From Octopus sinensis (taxonomy: Eukaryota), in contig NC_043009.1 of NCBI RefSeq assembly GCF_006345805.1, forward strand, positions 23,994,001 to 24,058,000: a stretch of DNA of 64,000 bases. Direction: 5' to 3'. This document shows, piece by piece, positions 39,703-51,735 of the stretch (position 1 is its first letter; each line of letters opens with the position of its first letter). The position numbers and the translations under genes were made by a program. The notes beneath the pieces are model-generated. The model ran no database searches. It was not told the DNA's origin and was given only the letters and a program-made list of their open reading frames with translations.

Positions 39703-40875
39703 TATTTCATTATTGTATGTTTTCTCGTGTTGTATATTTGATTTTTATTTCATTCTACAATTTATTTTCTGTTCTATGCAGTGAATATCCCAACAAATAT
39801 AATGCGAGATTCTCACATCGTTTCTTTACTGATGAAATCGATAATATATATATATATATATATATAATATATATATATATGTATATAAAACAATGGCATT
39901 GTATTACACAGGTGTGAGTGTGAGATGAGAAACTTGCTTCCCAATCACATGCTTCCGGTTTCAGTCCCGCTGCGTGGCACTGTGGGCAAGTTTCTTCTAT
40001 TATAGCCTCGTGCCTACCAAAGCGTTCTGAGAGGATTTGATAGACGGAAACTGAAAGCAAGCCCGAGTTATATATACGTGTATGTGTGTTTAAGTCTGTG
40101 TCTGTCTCCCATTACCGCTTGGTACCGATGTTGATGTGTTTTCGTCTCCGTAATCTAGTGGTTCGGCAAAAGACACTGGTAGAATAAGTACCAGGCTTTA
40201 AAAACAAGTCCCAGGGCTTATTTATTCCAAAAATGTTGTTCAAGGCGACGCCCAGGCATGGCCGTTGTCCAATGAGTAAATCAAGTAAAAGATAAAAACT
40301 ACTTGGTCGGAACGGACTTAAATATATTGTGAATAAAACAGAATATCAAAGTAAGAGGAGTATTATAGAGGTGTTCATTTATAATAATGTAATGCTTGCG
40401 CATTATTTTTGCTCAGTGCATATTTTTTCAATTTAATCTTTAGTGCAAACAACTGCCAACGAGTGCATGTCGTAAGTTATAGAAATAATTACCATAAAGA
40501 AAAACTGTGGTAATTGTCTACGAAGTGACTGAGGGAATAAAATACACTGAAAATATTTCTTTTCTTTCCTTTTTTTGCTTACTTTGATGCGAAATGTATA
40601 AGGGGTGAAAAACAGGAATGAAACATTTCTGGTTTTGTATAAAAGAAAATACAGGAAGATCAGTTAGTTATGATTTTATTCAATATATTCCCTTCTCAGA
40701 TTTACACACTTACTGCAGCAGACCTTCAGTTTTTTTTTAAAGACCTCGGGAAACTGGGCCTGCAGCTTGGCTTCTCGCAACACCCTCAAAGATAGGAACT
40801 TGTGTGTATATATATACCATATATATGTATGTATGTATGTATAAATATGCATGTGTGTATGTGTGTGTTTGTATA

Positions 40876-41248
40876 TACAGGGTGATTCAAAAGTCGCCAT
40901 ACATAGGAACAATTTATCGTTTTATGAGAAACTGTTTATAAGAACAGTTTCTTAATATCTAACAGATTCTATGGTTACCATTGTTTTGAATACACATTGC
41001 AATGCGTTTACCCCATTCATTGTGAACTCGTAATTGCACATCTGGTGATACTTGTGCAAAGGAGGCGGTGATGCATTCTTTCAAATGATTTATATCTTTT
41101 ATCTTTCCGCCATTCACCATGCTTTTCAAATGTCCCCAAAGATAGGAATCAAGAGGGATCAGATCAGGGAATCTAGGGGATCTTATAAACCTTTTCTAAT
41201 AAAAAAGTAAATTTTTCCTATGTATGGAGACTTTTGAATCACTCTGTA
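40876..41248 (-). mobile_element. Internally deleted Tc1/mariner with TIRs and TA target site
   Basis: tacagggtgattcaaaagtc / gacttttgaatcactctgta; internal DPLDSYLWGHLK...RIAMCIQNNG. Confidence 0.8.
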
Positions 41249-42367
41249 TATATACACACATATATATAACTACTTGGATTTTGAGTATATGCCTATTGAT
41301 ATGCTGATTAAAGCACATTCACCGTTTGGGCTACGTGACGTCATCCACAGTTACGAAATAGTAATTGCTTGATGCAAAAACAACATATCTCACTGAATGT
41401 ATTGAGCTCACTTTGCAATGATGTTATCGCTCGATGTACGTGGGTAAACTGATATAGGGTAGAATAATTTTGGGGTTATAACCCTCGAACGGGACTGGCT
41501 GTAGTTAACAGGGAATATGAAACTTAAATTAAGATAATAAATGATAGAGAATAAAATCTGTCAAAGAAAGTTAAAATTAAGAAGGATGGATATACTCTCT
41601 TTGACATGAACACATATATTTATTTCTTTACTAACCACAAGGAGCTAAACACAGAGGCGACAAACAAGGACAGGTAAAAGGATGAAGTCGATTACATCGA
41701 CCCCAGTGCGTAACTGGTACTTAATTCATCTACCCCGAAAGGATGAACAGCAAAGTCGACCTCGGCGGAATTTGAACTCAGAACGTAACGGCAGACGAAA
41801 TACGGCTACGCATTTCGCCCGGCCTTCTAACGTCAATATATGAACACATATATTAACGTACACACGCACATACACACACACACGAGCATCCATCCACACA
41901 TACGCACACGCACGCACACACAGACACTCACACACGCACGCACGCACGCACGAGTGATGCCATGTGAATGTAATTTTTCTGTGGATAAATGCTATCCAGA
42001 TGATAGTATAAGTGATAGACATTTCGCTGTAATGTCACGCTTCGTTGGGTAGCAGATACCGCAGTCGGTCACATTAGATCATTCATTAGGACGTTGTTTC
42101 GGCGGACACGCTCACACGAACACAAGTACGTGTTTATATACATAGACGCACACTCATATATACTCTTTTTTTTTTTACTGATTTCAGTCATTTGACTGCG
42201 GCCATGCTGGAGTACCGCCTTTAGTCGACCGTATAAACCCCAGGACATATTCTTTGTAAACCTAGTACTTATTCTATCGGTTTCTTTTGCCAAAGCGCTA
42301 AGTTACGGGTAAGTAAATATACCAAGAACGGTTGTCAAGCGATGGTGGTAGTAGAACAGACGCACAA

Positions 42368-42414
<47 letters not shown>

Positions 42415-42879
42415 ATATATATTGCTGTTGTTGTTGTTGTTGTTTGTTCCTTCTCAACCAATGTCTGGCTCATAGGGCTGGTTTTCCGGTTTCCTTGGCG
42501 TATAGGTTCCCCACCTGGACGGGACGCCGGTCTGTCGCAGGTGAGCTGCAAGATGCAGGAGGAAAGACTGAGAGAAAATTGTGGTGAAAGAGTCAGCAGA
42601 AGTTCGCCATTACCTTCTACAGGAGCCGCATGGAGCTTAGGTGTTTCGCTCATAAACACACACATCGCCCGGTCTGAGATTCGAACCCGCGTTCCCTCGA
42701 CCGGGAGTCCGCTGCTCCAACCACTAGGCCATGTGCTTTCACACACACACACACAAATATATACACGACTGGCTTCTTTCATTTTCTGCCTACCAAATCT
42801 ACTCAAAGCTTTGGTCAGCCGGAGTGGCTATAGTAGAAGACACTTACCGAAAATGCCACATAGTGGGACTTGCTAAACA

Positions 42880-45520
42880 GGTCGGCATTAGAAACTCTGT
42901 CTTTTAGCGATTAACCACAGATTGTCCGCAGACAATCTTTGTGAAAGATGTCTAGTTGTTTAATGTGCCGTCTTATAAGGTGTCCACGAGTCTAAGACAT
43001 ACAGGAGAGAAATAAGAAAGGCAACTTCATAGACCTGAACTTTGGTGTCAAGTCTGATGCCCCTTTCATTCCATAGGTGATGACGGAGTTTTGCCAAATG
43101 CGTTGGTTGCCTTTGCAACATAATTGACGATTCCATCATCAAGGGAAGCCTCGAATTCATTTTACTACCAAGATAGGTAAATGACTTCACATAATTTAGT
43201 TTTTTCCCATCAACATGTATAGGAGTATTTGGGAAACTGTGAACAAGTAGCCTCTGCTTGACACCTCGAATTTGATTAGGAGTAGAGCAAACTTGGAGGA
43301 TTACTTACTTCCGTCTTCTTTATGCTGATGGTCAAACCAAAGGCTTTACATGTAGCAGAAAACTGGTCTAGAAGTTCCCGATCTTACTCTAAGGGGGTCG
43401 CTATTAGTGCAACATCATCTGCAATAAGTAGATAATGAATGATGCTGGTGCGTAGCACTGTTTTGGCTTTGAAACAATGGTGAATGAAAAGAGAATGCAT
43501 AGGTCAGGTTCAACGTACTCTGAGACAGATGAACGGCCCTTGGTGGTCAAACAGGGCTACTGAATCCCAAGAAGCTGCAGACAGAAACGATTCTAGAGCC
43601 TTTTTTGGTGGCCTCAAGAAAGTGTATGGTCCTCAAGAGCACGGTATTAATCCAATTTTGTCATCCAATAGTGAGACACTGTTGACTGACAAATATGATA
43701 TCCTGAAACGATGGAAAGTTCACCATTTGCTTTCTCATCGGACACGACAGCAGCCTTCATTCCCTCATGAAAGGAGATGATAGTGCTTGCCAGTTAACAG
43801 TGTCGATGGCCTAATTAAGATCGACGAATACCATGAACAACCCATGATTTTTCTCACGTACCTTTTCCATGACTTGACGAAGAGAAAATTTCATATCGTT
43901 AGTGCCACAACCAGACAGAAATCTGCACTATGTTATACTGGATAGATACCATTTACAACGTATCTCATGATCCTGTCAAGAATGAGTCGAGCAAGAATCT
44001 TACCAACAATAGACAGAAGCGATATCCCATGATGATTATCAAAGACACTTCTGTTTCCTTTATTCTTATAAATATGTTTTTGGATTGAGGCATCCTTGAA
44101 GTCCTGTGGTACACGGTCTACTTATATATACTTATGAAGTGATCATGCAATTTATGTCCAGCCTGCGTGTAGATGTCATCATTAGTTACTGAGGTGGAGT
44201 TCAACACGGATTCAAAGTGATCTTTCCATCGTTTCAGGATATCATATTTGTCAGTCAACAGTGTCTCCCTATTGGATGACAAAATTGGATTAACACCGTG
44301 CTCTTGATGACCATACACTTTCTTGAGGCCACCCCCCAAAAAAGGCTCTAGAATCGTTTCTGTCTGCAGCTTCTTGGAGTTCAGTAGCCCTGTTTGACCA
44401 CCAAGGCTCGTTCATCTGTCTCAGAGTACGTTGGACCTGACCTATGCAGTCTCTTTTCTGGATGAGGTCTCATCATTTATCCATGTTTTACGAGAGCTGT
44501 GCATTTTATCTATCACCTTCTGGACGTCTGTGTTGCCATCGCTTGGTGTTTACGAACAGGAATTCCAAGAACCTCTACAGATGCAGAGTGCGTTGCATCA
44601 TACAAACCCCTCCAAGATGATTATATGTCATCGTTGATATCAACAGTGTCCATCTTGATAGAGGATTCTTTCTGCTTTTCAGTAGTTTTCAAAGGCAGAA
44701 CATCAATGCACTTAGACACTGATAACTTTTGCAGTCTTGTGTGTTTCAGATGGGGCGTAGTCTTACTACAGAGAATAGAATGGTCAGAGAAATAGCAGAT
44801 GTTATGAAAGGAAAGTTTAATGTTAACGTCCCTAATGCCTTGCTTCTTAGTGATAACATAGTCTCTGATATGCCAATCTTTAGATCTAGGATGCATCCAG
44901 GTCGTCGTGCAACTATTTCGCTTTTGAAAAAAGACATTTGTGATGATTAAACCGAATTCCCTGCAGATAGAGAGCACACGCAGACCGCTGGAGTTCATTC
45001 GACCTACACCATGGTGAACAAGTACACCAGCCCTTGTCTGATACTCAGTACCAACATGATCGATAAATCGCCCATAATGATATGTTTATCCTTATAGATA
45101 TGGCGATGACATTGCTGAGTTGGTTGTAAAATTCATCCTTTTCCTACTCAGTGGTGACCATGGTTGGATCACAGCAACTGACAAGTGTAGCATGGGAGTC
45201 ATAAACAATTACCAGCTTTAGTGTCATGATGCGATCAGAAATATCTTTGGGTAGAGAAAGAAGAGCTCTTGCTATTTCTGTCTTGAATAGCGAAACCAGC
45301 ACCAGCGTGGTGCGCCTCGTCCTCATTTCTTCCACACCAGTAAAATATCCACCTCTACTTTATTCTTACTGTGATGATCATGCAAGACGAATTTCACCGA
45401 GAGCAGCTATATCAATGTTGTATTTTTTTAGTTCAAGGGCAACCAGTGCTGTTTTACGTTTTGGTGCAGTGTGCTTGTGTTGGAGAGTACACACATTCCA
45501 ATAACCAAGGTTAATATTTT
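42880..45520 (-). mobile_element. Degraded RTE/BovB-like LINE (APE endonuclease plus RT) with an internal inverted duplication
   Basis: NSSGLRVLSIC...TTWMHPRSKDWH..DYVIT (APE end), FTYLGS (RT); ~43490-43730 is an inverted copy of ~44190-44450. Confidence 0.8.
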
Positions 45521-45955
45521 TAGATTTCTTCATGCTACGATTGTATTACTGAATAACCAGACAGCTGCAGCGAGCTGACAAGTTTAAGATAAGTAATCCT
45601 TGGGGCTCCTTTTCTCGCTCCTCCCCGTTTTCACACAAACACACACACAGATTCATCCATGCATACATACAAAAATATATGAATTTGTATATATATATAT
45701 ATATAAATTAGTAATGCAATACTAGAGTATTGCTTTCCAGTAAAGAATAGCCCGTGAGGGAAAAATATACAAAGAAGTAAATATATGGCACAACGAAGTA
45801 CCGATATTTACTGGAAATAGCGAACGTAATAATACGACGCTAATGTATAGCTTCACTGCGTATGTACTAGCAAAAATGCGTGAGTGCAACAAACTTGAAA
45901 AAATTGTCTTACCTCCAGGGAGAACATCTGAAAGATGAAATACCTAGAAAAGGAT

Positions 45956-46035
45956 AATGTGGGACCGGCGCCGGTTTCAGATTTTTCAAGATATGCCTGC
46001 CCACATATACTTGATCTATCTTCATCAGCCAAACA
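45956..46035 (-). ncRNA. Type I hammerhead motif (canonical core)
   Basis: Minus strand tttgg-CTGATGA-agat...atct-GAAAC-CGGCGCCG-GTC-ccaca; palindromic CCGGCGCCGG stem III; stem I short. Confidence 0.65.
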
Positions 46036-46340
46036 TATACCACGACAACATTTCAGATGTTACCACATTAATGCCAATACACTTGACTGAAGCTATACAT
46101 TAGCGTCGTATTATTACGTTCGCTATTTCCAGTAAATATCGGTACTTCGTTGTGCCATATATTTACTTCTTAGTATATTTTTCCCTCATGGGCTATTCTT
46201 TACTGGAAAGCAATACTCTAGTATTGCATTACTAATTTATTGAAACTTCTTCACCGTTCTCGTTCTGTTAGCGTTTCGGCGTTTCAGTCGAGTGTATTGG
46301 CATTAATGTGGTAACATCTGAAATGTTGTCGTGGTATATG

Positions 46341-46416
46341 TTTGGTTGATGAAGATAGATCAAGTATATGTGGGCAGGCATATCTTGAAAAATCTGAAAC
46401 CGGCGCCGGTCCCACA
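46341..46416 (+). ncRNA. Type I hammerhead motif (core TTGATGA variant), inverted copy of 45956-46035
   Basis: tttgg-TTGATGA-agat...atct-GAAAC-CGGCGCCG-GTC-ccaca. Confidence 0.6.
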
Positions 46417-46603
46417 TTATCCTTTTCTAGGTATTTCATCTTTCAGATGTTCTCCCTGGAGGTAAGACAATTTTTTTCAAGTTTGTTGCACTCACGCATT
46501 TTTGCTAGTACATACGCGGTGAAGCTATACATTAGCGTCGTATTATTGCGTTCGCTATTTCCAGTAAATATCGGTACTTCGTTGTGCCATATATTTACTT
46601 CTT

Positions 46604-46650
<47 letters not shown>

Positions 46651-47175
46651 ACCTACATACATACATATATCTGTATGTAAATGTGTGTATGAGTTAATAT
46701 ATTTCAATTGCAATAATTGAAAAAAAAAAATTCTTAATTTTCCTAAACTTCCTACGGTAATAAAGCTGATGTTTCAAAGAACAATGATTGCATTGTTGCA
46801 AAAACACAACAAAAAACTGCCCTATAAAAAAAATAAACAACTAAAAATCAAACAAAATTGAAAGGAAGTATCAAATTTCAAAGAGACACCAAAAATAGTA
46901 ATTTTCCGAGAAAAAGATCTTTAAATTTTGAAGTGTTTTGATATCATCTTTAATGCTAAATTATTTACACTAACCTTCAAGTAAGTATTTATCCTGTTCC
47001 TCTTATTCCGTATTTGCAGTCAACATGGGTTTTTTAAAAATTACAAACCAAACACGAATCACGTGATGCACTTCAAATACAAAACGGATCAATCTCAAGT
47101 TGCACATTTGTCTGTCATCTGTCAAACGTCTTTCTCACTAGCGAGCAATTCTGTTTCGAAATTTGAGAAGACGAA

Positions 47176-47278
47176 ATGAACACCACGATGTATGGGGTAA
47201 ACATTATCTTCTATTCAGCTATAATGGTATGTCTGGGAACTGGTGCTATCATGAATTTGGAACCAAAGATGACCGAAG
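47176..47278 (+). CDS. Paralog g3 exon 1: signal peptide MNTTMYGVNIIFYSAIMVCLGTGAIMNLEPKMTE
   Basis: Hydrophobic segment; GAA G|gtaagt phase 1 donor; 103 nt. Confidence 0.85.
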
Positions 47279-48447
47279 GTAAGTGGCACTCTATTTCCAT
47301 ACAGTATACGCATACATATAAGGTATATCTGGATCGTCGAGTTCAAGTGGTTCGAAGTTTATTAAGTGGGCTGGCGGCAACCATAAACAGTTAATTTTTT
47401 TTACTATTGACCACAACTCTTGTCTGTATGAATTTATGTATATATTGCTGTATGGATGAATGGATTCATGCTTTAGGTATATATATATATAAGTCCCAGT
47501 TGTTAGGGCAGTGGACTCATGGTCGTAGGATCGCGGTTTCGATTCCCAGATCGGGCGTTGTGAGTATTTATTGAGCGAAAACACCTAAAGCTCCACGAGG
47601 CTCTGGCTGGGGGTGGTGGCAATCCCTGCTGTACTCTTTCGCCACAACATTCTCTCACTCTTTCTTCTTTTGGCCTGCTCTCTTAACCGGCGGGGTGGCG
47701 TCATTTGAAGGCTAAAACAACGCGAAGCGCATTGTGACTAGTGATGTATAAGTCACGGTAATTACAGTGATATATATATATATATATATAACATTAATTA
47801 TACGTACAATCTGAATATAAACGCTTTGAAATTATTCAAAGAAAATAAGACTTTGCAGCTCATCAAAGTGTCACGCTTAGAGCTAAGTGCAAAACACCAA
47901 GAAAAGCTAATCATTAAACGATATATTGCAAACAAGGGGGCGAACAAATCCCAGCCAACAAGTCCAGTGGAACAGTAGACCAGCTAGTTTCAGGTCACAG
48001 ATATTGTATCGTTAAGCAGCTGGGGTTAAAAAGACTAGTAACCTTGTTTTATGCAGAACAATCACGTTGAGGTGGCAACAAACATTACTTTTCAGTAAAC
48101 CTCGTATAGAGATTTTAAAAAATAGCAACTTTGCTTGTTGCAAGGTCAGCGGCTGTGTGTCGCTTGTTTATTTATATATTGCGAACTGGGACGAACGACT
48201 GTCGTTTCTGGCAGACAGGTGTACTAATATTGGGGAAGGGTGAGACTCTGAAACCAGGTGGTCTGTTGATCTTGTTGCCGCTAGATTGGAGTGGTCCGCT
48301 TCCTTGTTTGCAATATATCGAACACAGATATTGTGTCGTTAACCAGGTACAGGATGTGTCCTCTTGGGGTTAAGAAGAGATGTAACATTGTTCTATGCAT
48401 ATCAACCACTTTAATATGGTAAAAACTGTTACTTATGTGCGTTTGTG

Positions 48448-48480
<33 letters not shown>

Positions 48481-48488
48481 TATATATA

Positions 48489-48770
48489 TATGAATAAATG
48501 AAAGAATGGAGTCGAACGAAGATGTTAACAAAATTCCTTTACTCTCGACACATGTTTCGAAGATTATCGCTCTGTTTACCATGTAGGCAATCATCGAAAT
48601 TTTTGTTTGTCTTGTTGTCGAGAGAGGCTCCCTTTCTTTCCTGATGAGAAGATTGCATAATGCACCCTTTATTCCTTCGGAATGAAAATATGCTGTCTTC
48701 GAAACATGTCTCGAGAGTAAAGGAATTTTGTTAACATCTTCGTTCGACTCCATTCTTTCATTTATTCATA
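48489..48770. mobile_element. Small HHR element with ~75-bp inverted ends
   Basis: 48489-48563 is inverted at 48696-48770; internal HHR; preceded by (TA)n. Confidence 0.75.
48636..48717 (+). ncRNA. Type I hammerhead motif with altered N16.2
   Basis: ctttc-CTGATGA-gaaga...tcttc-GAAAC-ATGT-CTC-gagag; the inverted arm (48542-48563) preserves GAAAC-ATGT-GTC-gagag. Confidence 0.65.
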
Positions 48771-48924
48771 TACAACACACAAATTTCCGCACATGAACCC
48801 GGAGTTTCTACCATTGACAGGTCGCTTCAACCGTGTTTTCTGACGTGAATTTGCTACCCAGGTTTCGGTTAAACGAATTTTCCATGCTGACGATAAACAT
48901 AGGATAATTCATTGACCTACTTAA

Positions 48925-48957
<33 letters not shown>

Positions 48958-49061
48958 ATATATATATAATATAATATATATATATATATAATATAGTATA
49001 ATATAATATAATATAATATATATATGTATATGTATATATATATATATGTATATATATACAT

Positions 49062-49125
<64 letters not shown>

Positions 49126-49245
49126 CACAATCAAGGAACGGCCATAATAGGCCATTCACCCACTAGAAATAACAGCCAAAGCTTCAACCGCAAAATAACA
49201 TTAATTCCGCAAACCAGGAGAAAATTAAAAAACATTTACCCTGTA

Positions 49246-49352
49246 ATTTCTTATACGATGCACCGTTTCATCTACTGTTTAATGGTAAACTAACCTGATT
49301 AAATTAAATCAAGCCAATCTTCCATAGGCCCTTAGATTCGTCAGTAAGAAAT
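49246..49352 (-). ncRNA. Type I hammerhead motif (CTGACGA), inverted copy
   Basis: Reverse complement of 49686-49792. Confidence 0.75.
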
Positions 49353-49685
49353 AGCCAGAACGGAACAGATATTTTCACGAGGCATTTCTGTCCCTGCCTC
49401 GGCAATATCTGACCTAAAATTTTCAAATCATCGCACTCGCGCCAAATTTATCGGCAGCAAATAAATATAAGCCGCCGATTCCACAAAATATTCTACAAAA
49501 TTTTTTTTGCCACCCTATATTGATTAATTATGAATTTTCTGGTTGATTCCGTAATGGAATCGGCGGCTTATATTTATTTGCTGCCGATAAATTTGGCGCG
49601 AGTGCGATGATTTGAAAATTTTAGGTCAGATATTGCCGAGGCAGGGACAGAAATGCCTCGTGAAAATATCTGTTCCGTTCTGGCT

Positions 49686-49792
49686 ATTTCTTACTGACGA
49701 ATCTAAGGGCCTATGGAAGATTGGCTTGATTTAATTTAATCAGGTTAGTTTACCATTAAACAGTAGATGAAACGGTGCATCGTATAAGAAAT
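49686..49792 (+). ncRNA. Type I hammerhead motif with a long stem II insert
   Basis: atttctta-CTGACGA-atcta[~58 nt]tagat-GAAAC-GGTGCATC-GTA-taagaaat; 8-bp stem I, perfect 5-bp stem II base, near-palindromic stem III. Confidence 0.8.
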
Positions 49793-50017
49793 TACAGGGT
49801 AAATGTTTTTTAATTTTCTCCTGGTTTGCGGAATTAATGTTATTTTGCGGTTGAAGCTTTGGCTGTTATTTCTAGTGGGTGAATGGTCTATTATGGCCGT
49901 TCCTTGATTGTGATGTTGAACTTATAAATGGTCTATGACTATTTAATTTTTTCCCACTAGGCCGCTGGTGGCAAAAAAATTCTACAAAATTTTTTTTGCC
50001 ACCCTATATTGATTAAT

Positions 50018-50146
<129 letters not shown>

Positions 50147-50728
50147 ATGTTGAGGTGCGTGGCTTAGTGGTTAGGGTGTCAGCACCATGATCGTGAGATT
50201 GTGGTTTCGATTCCCGGACCGAGTGACGCGTTGTGTTCTTGACCAAAACACCTCATTTCCCGTTGTCCCAGTCCACTCAGCTGGCAAAAGTGGGTAACTC
50301 TGCGATAGACTAGCGTCCCGTCTAGCTGGGGAACATATACGCTATAGAAACTGGGAAACCGGGCCCATGAGCCTGGCTAGGTTTTAACAGGGCGCGTTGT
50401 TATTGTGTATATATATATATGAATATATGCAACAACATCAGTTTCAACAGCCAAGTAAAGTTACAGCGAAATGGTCATCCTCCTAGGAAACAAAAACAGT
50501 CAAAGAATATCTTCGAACACATGAAATTCATTACTTTTTCACGTGCCTCATTAATTAGACTGCTGCCTAGGAGAAGTTTTAGATGAATAGATTGACCCCA
50601 GTACTTTTGTTTTTGCTAAGCCTGACACTTATTCTATAGGTATCATATGCCGACCCGCTAAGTTATAGAGACGTAAACACACCAATCCCGGTTGTCAAGT
50701 GGCAGTGACACACACACACACACACACA

Positions 50729-50771
<43 letters not shown>

Positions 50772-51516
50772 GCGGTCTTCTAGTTTGGGTCAACTAAATC
50801 CATATTTAGAAGGCTTTGGTCGGCCTGACTCTATTGTAGAAGACTTTTGCTCAAGGTGTCACGTAGTGGAACAGAACCTGGAACCATATGGTTAGGAAGC
50901 AAGCTTCTTTTATTCATTATATTGGCCATAAAGTCCTTACATAGAAGGGAAGCTACGGGCTGGACATATGCATAATGTTATGGAATCACAAATGAAAAAT
51001 GATGATAAATGAGGGTAACAAGCAACGCCCGCCGATTGCTGCTTACCCGAGAAAGCTTCTTAACACACAGCGACACCTACGCCTATCGAGATATTTACAA
51101 AATATTTTATTTTAATTCTTAACAAATTAATGAGCAGGAAGATATTCAGCAGCATAAGACCAGTCATTTAAAAAAAGGGGACCAAAAGAAACTTTCTAAA
51201 TTCGAACAGGAAGTAATAAATGAAATAGCTGTATCGTAGTTATGATGTGCAACATGAAACGTCAGATATGGTTAAACTACAAACTATGACTAACGACTAA
51301 AACCTTAATTTCTAAATCCTTAATTTCTAATCTTCAGCTGAAATAAAGACACACACACACACGTGTATGCCCGTTTGGCTATATCTCTTCCAGATAAAAT
51401 AACTACGCATCTGCATATACATGTATGAATGAATGTGTCTATCTTAATACATATACTCCCCACCTGTAATGTGTTGTCATACTTAAATAGTTAACGTTAT
51501 TGTATTGAATTTATAG

Positions 51517-51735
51517 ATGAAATTATTTATGAAAGAGCTGTTTTGAAGAAACTGACAAAAAATCTCCTGATTGATCGAATGATCGAAAATAATGCAGCAG
51601 ATAACGAACCTCAAAATGAAAACCCGACCAACGAAGTTGCTGAAAAGGATGGTTTGAAAAATAGTGCACAGATGCAATGTTCTTGGAAAGGGAATGCGGG
51701 GAAATGTTGTACTTATCTGCGCCATCTTCCTAAAT
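51517..51735 (+). CDS. Paralog g3 exon 2: pro-region plus MQCSWKGNAGKCCTYLRHLPK
   Basis: tttatag| acceptor, AAA T|gtaagt donor, 219 nt open frame. Confidence 0.88.

Larger units (their letters stand above)
45703..46606. mobile_element. HHR element with partial tandem plus inverted segment (A-B-A'-C-B'-A')
   Basis: 45703-45855 is inverted at 46088-46240; ~45765-46090 is inverted at 46283-46606; (TA)n on both sides. Confidence 0.8.
49124..50017. mobile_element. HHR element with a 360-bp near-perfect inverted repeat
   Basis: Arms 49124-49483 / 49555-49914 (one mismatch seen), 71-nt spacer; ~40-bp direct repeat at ~49490 and ~49979; long (TA)n on both sides. Confidence 0.85.

Noticed and set aside
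50150-50230. tRNA-like sequences at SINE heads
   Set aside because: They continue directly into SINE bodies, lack complete cloverleafs and occur in many diverged copies; they are not tRNA genes.
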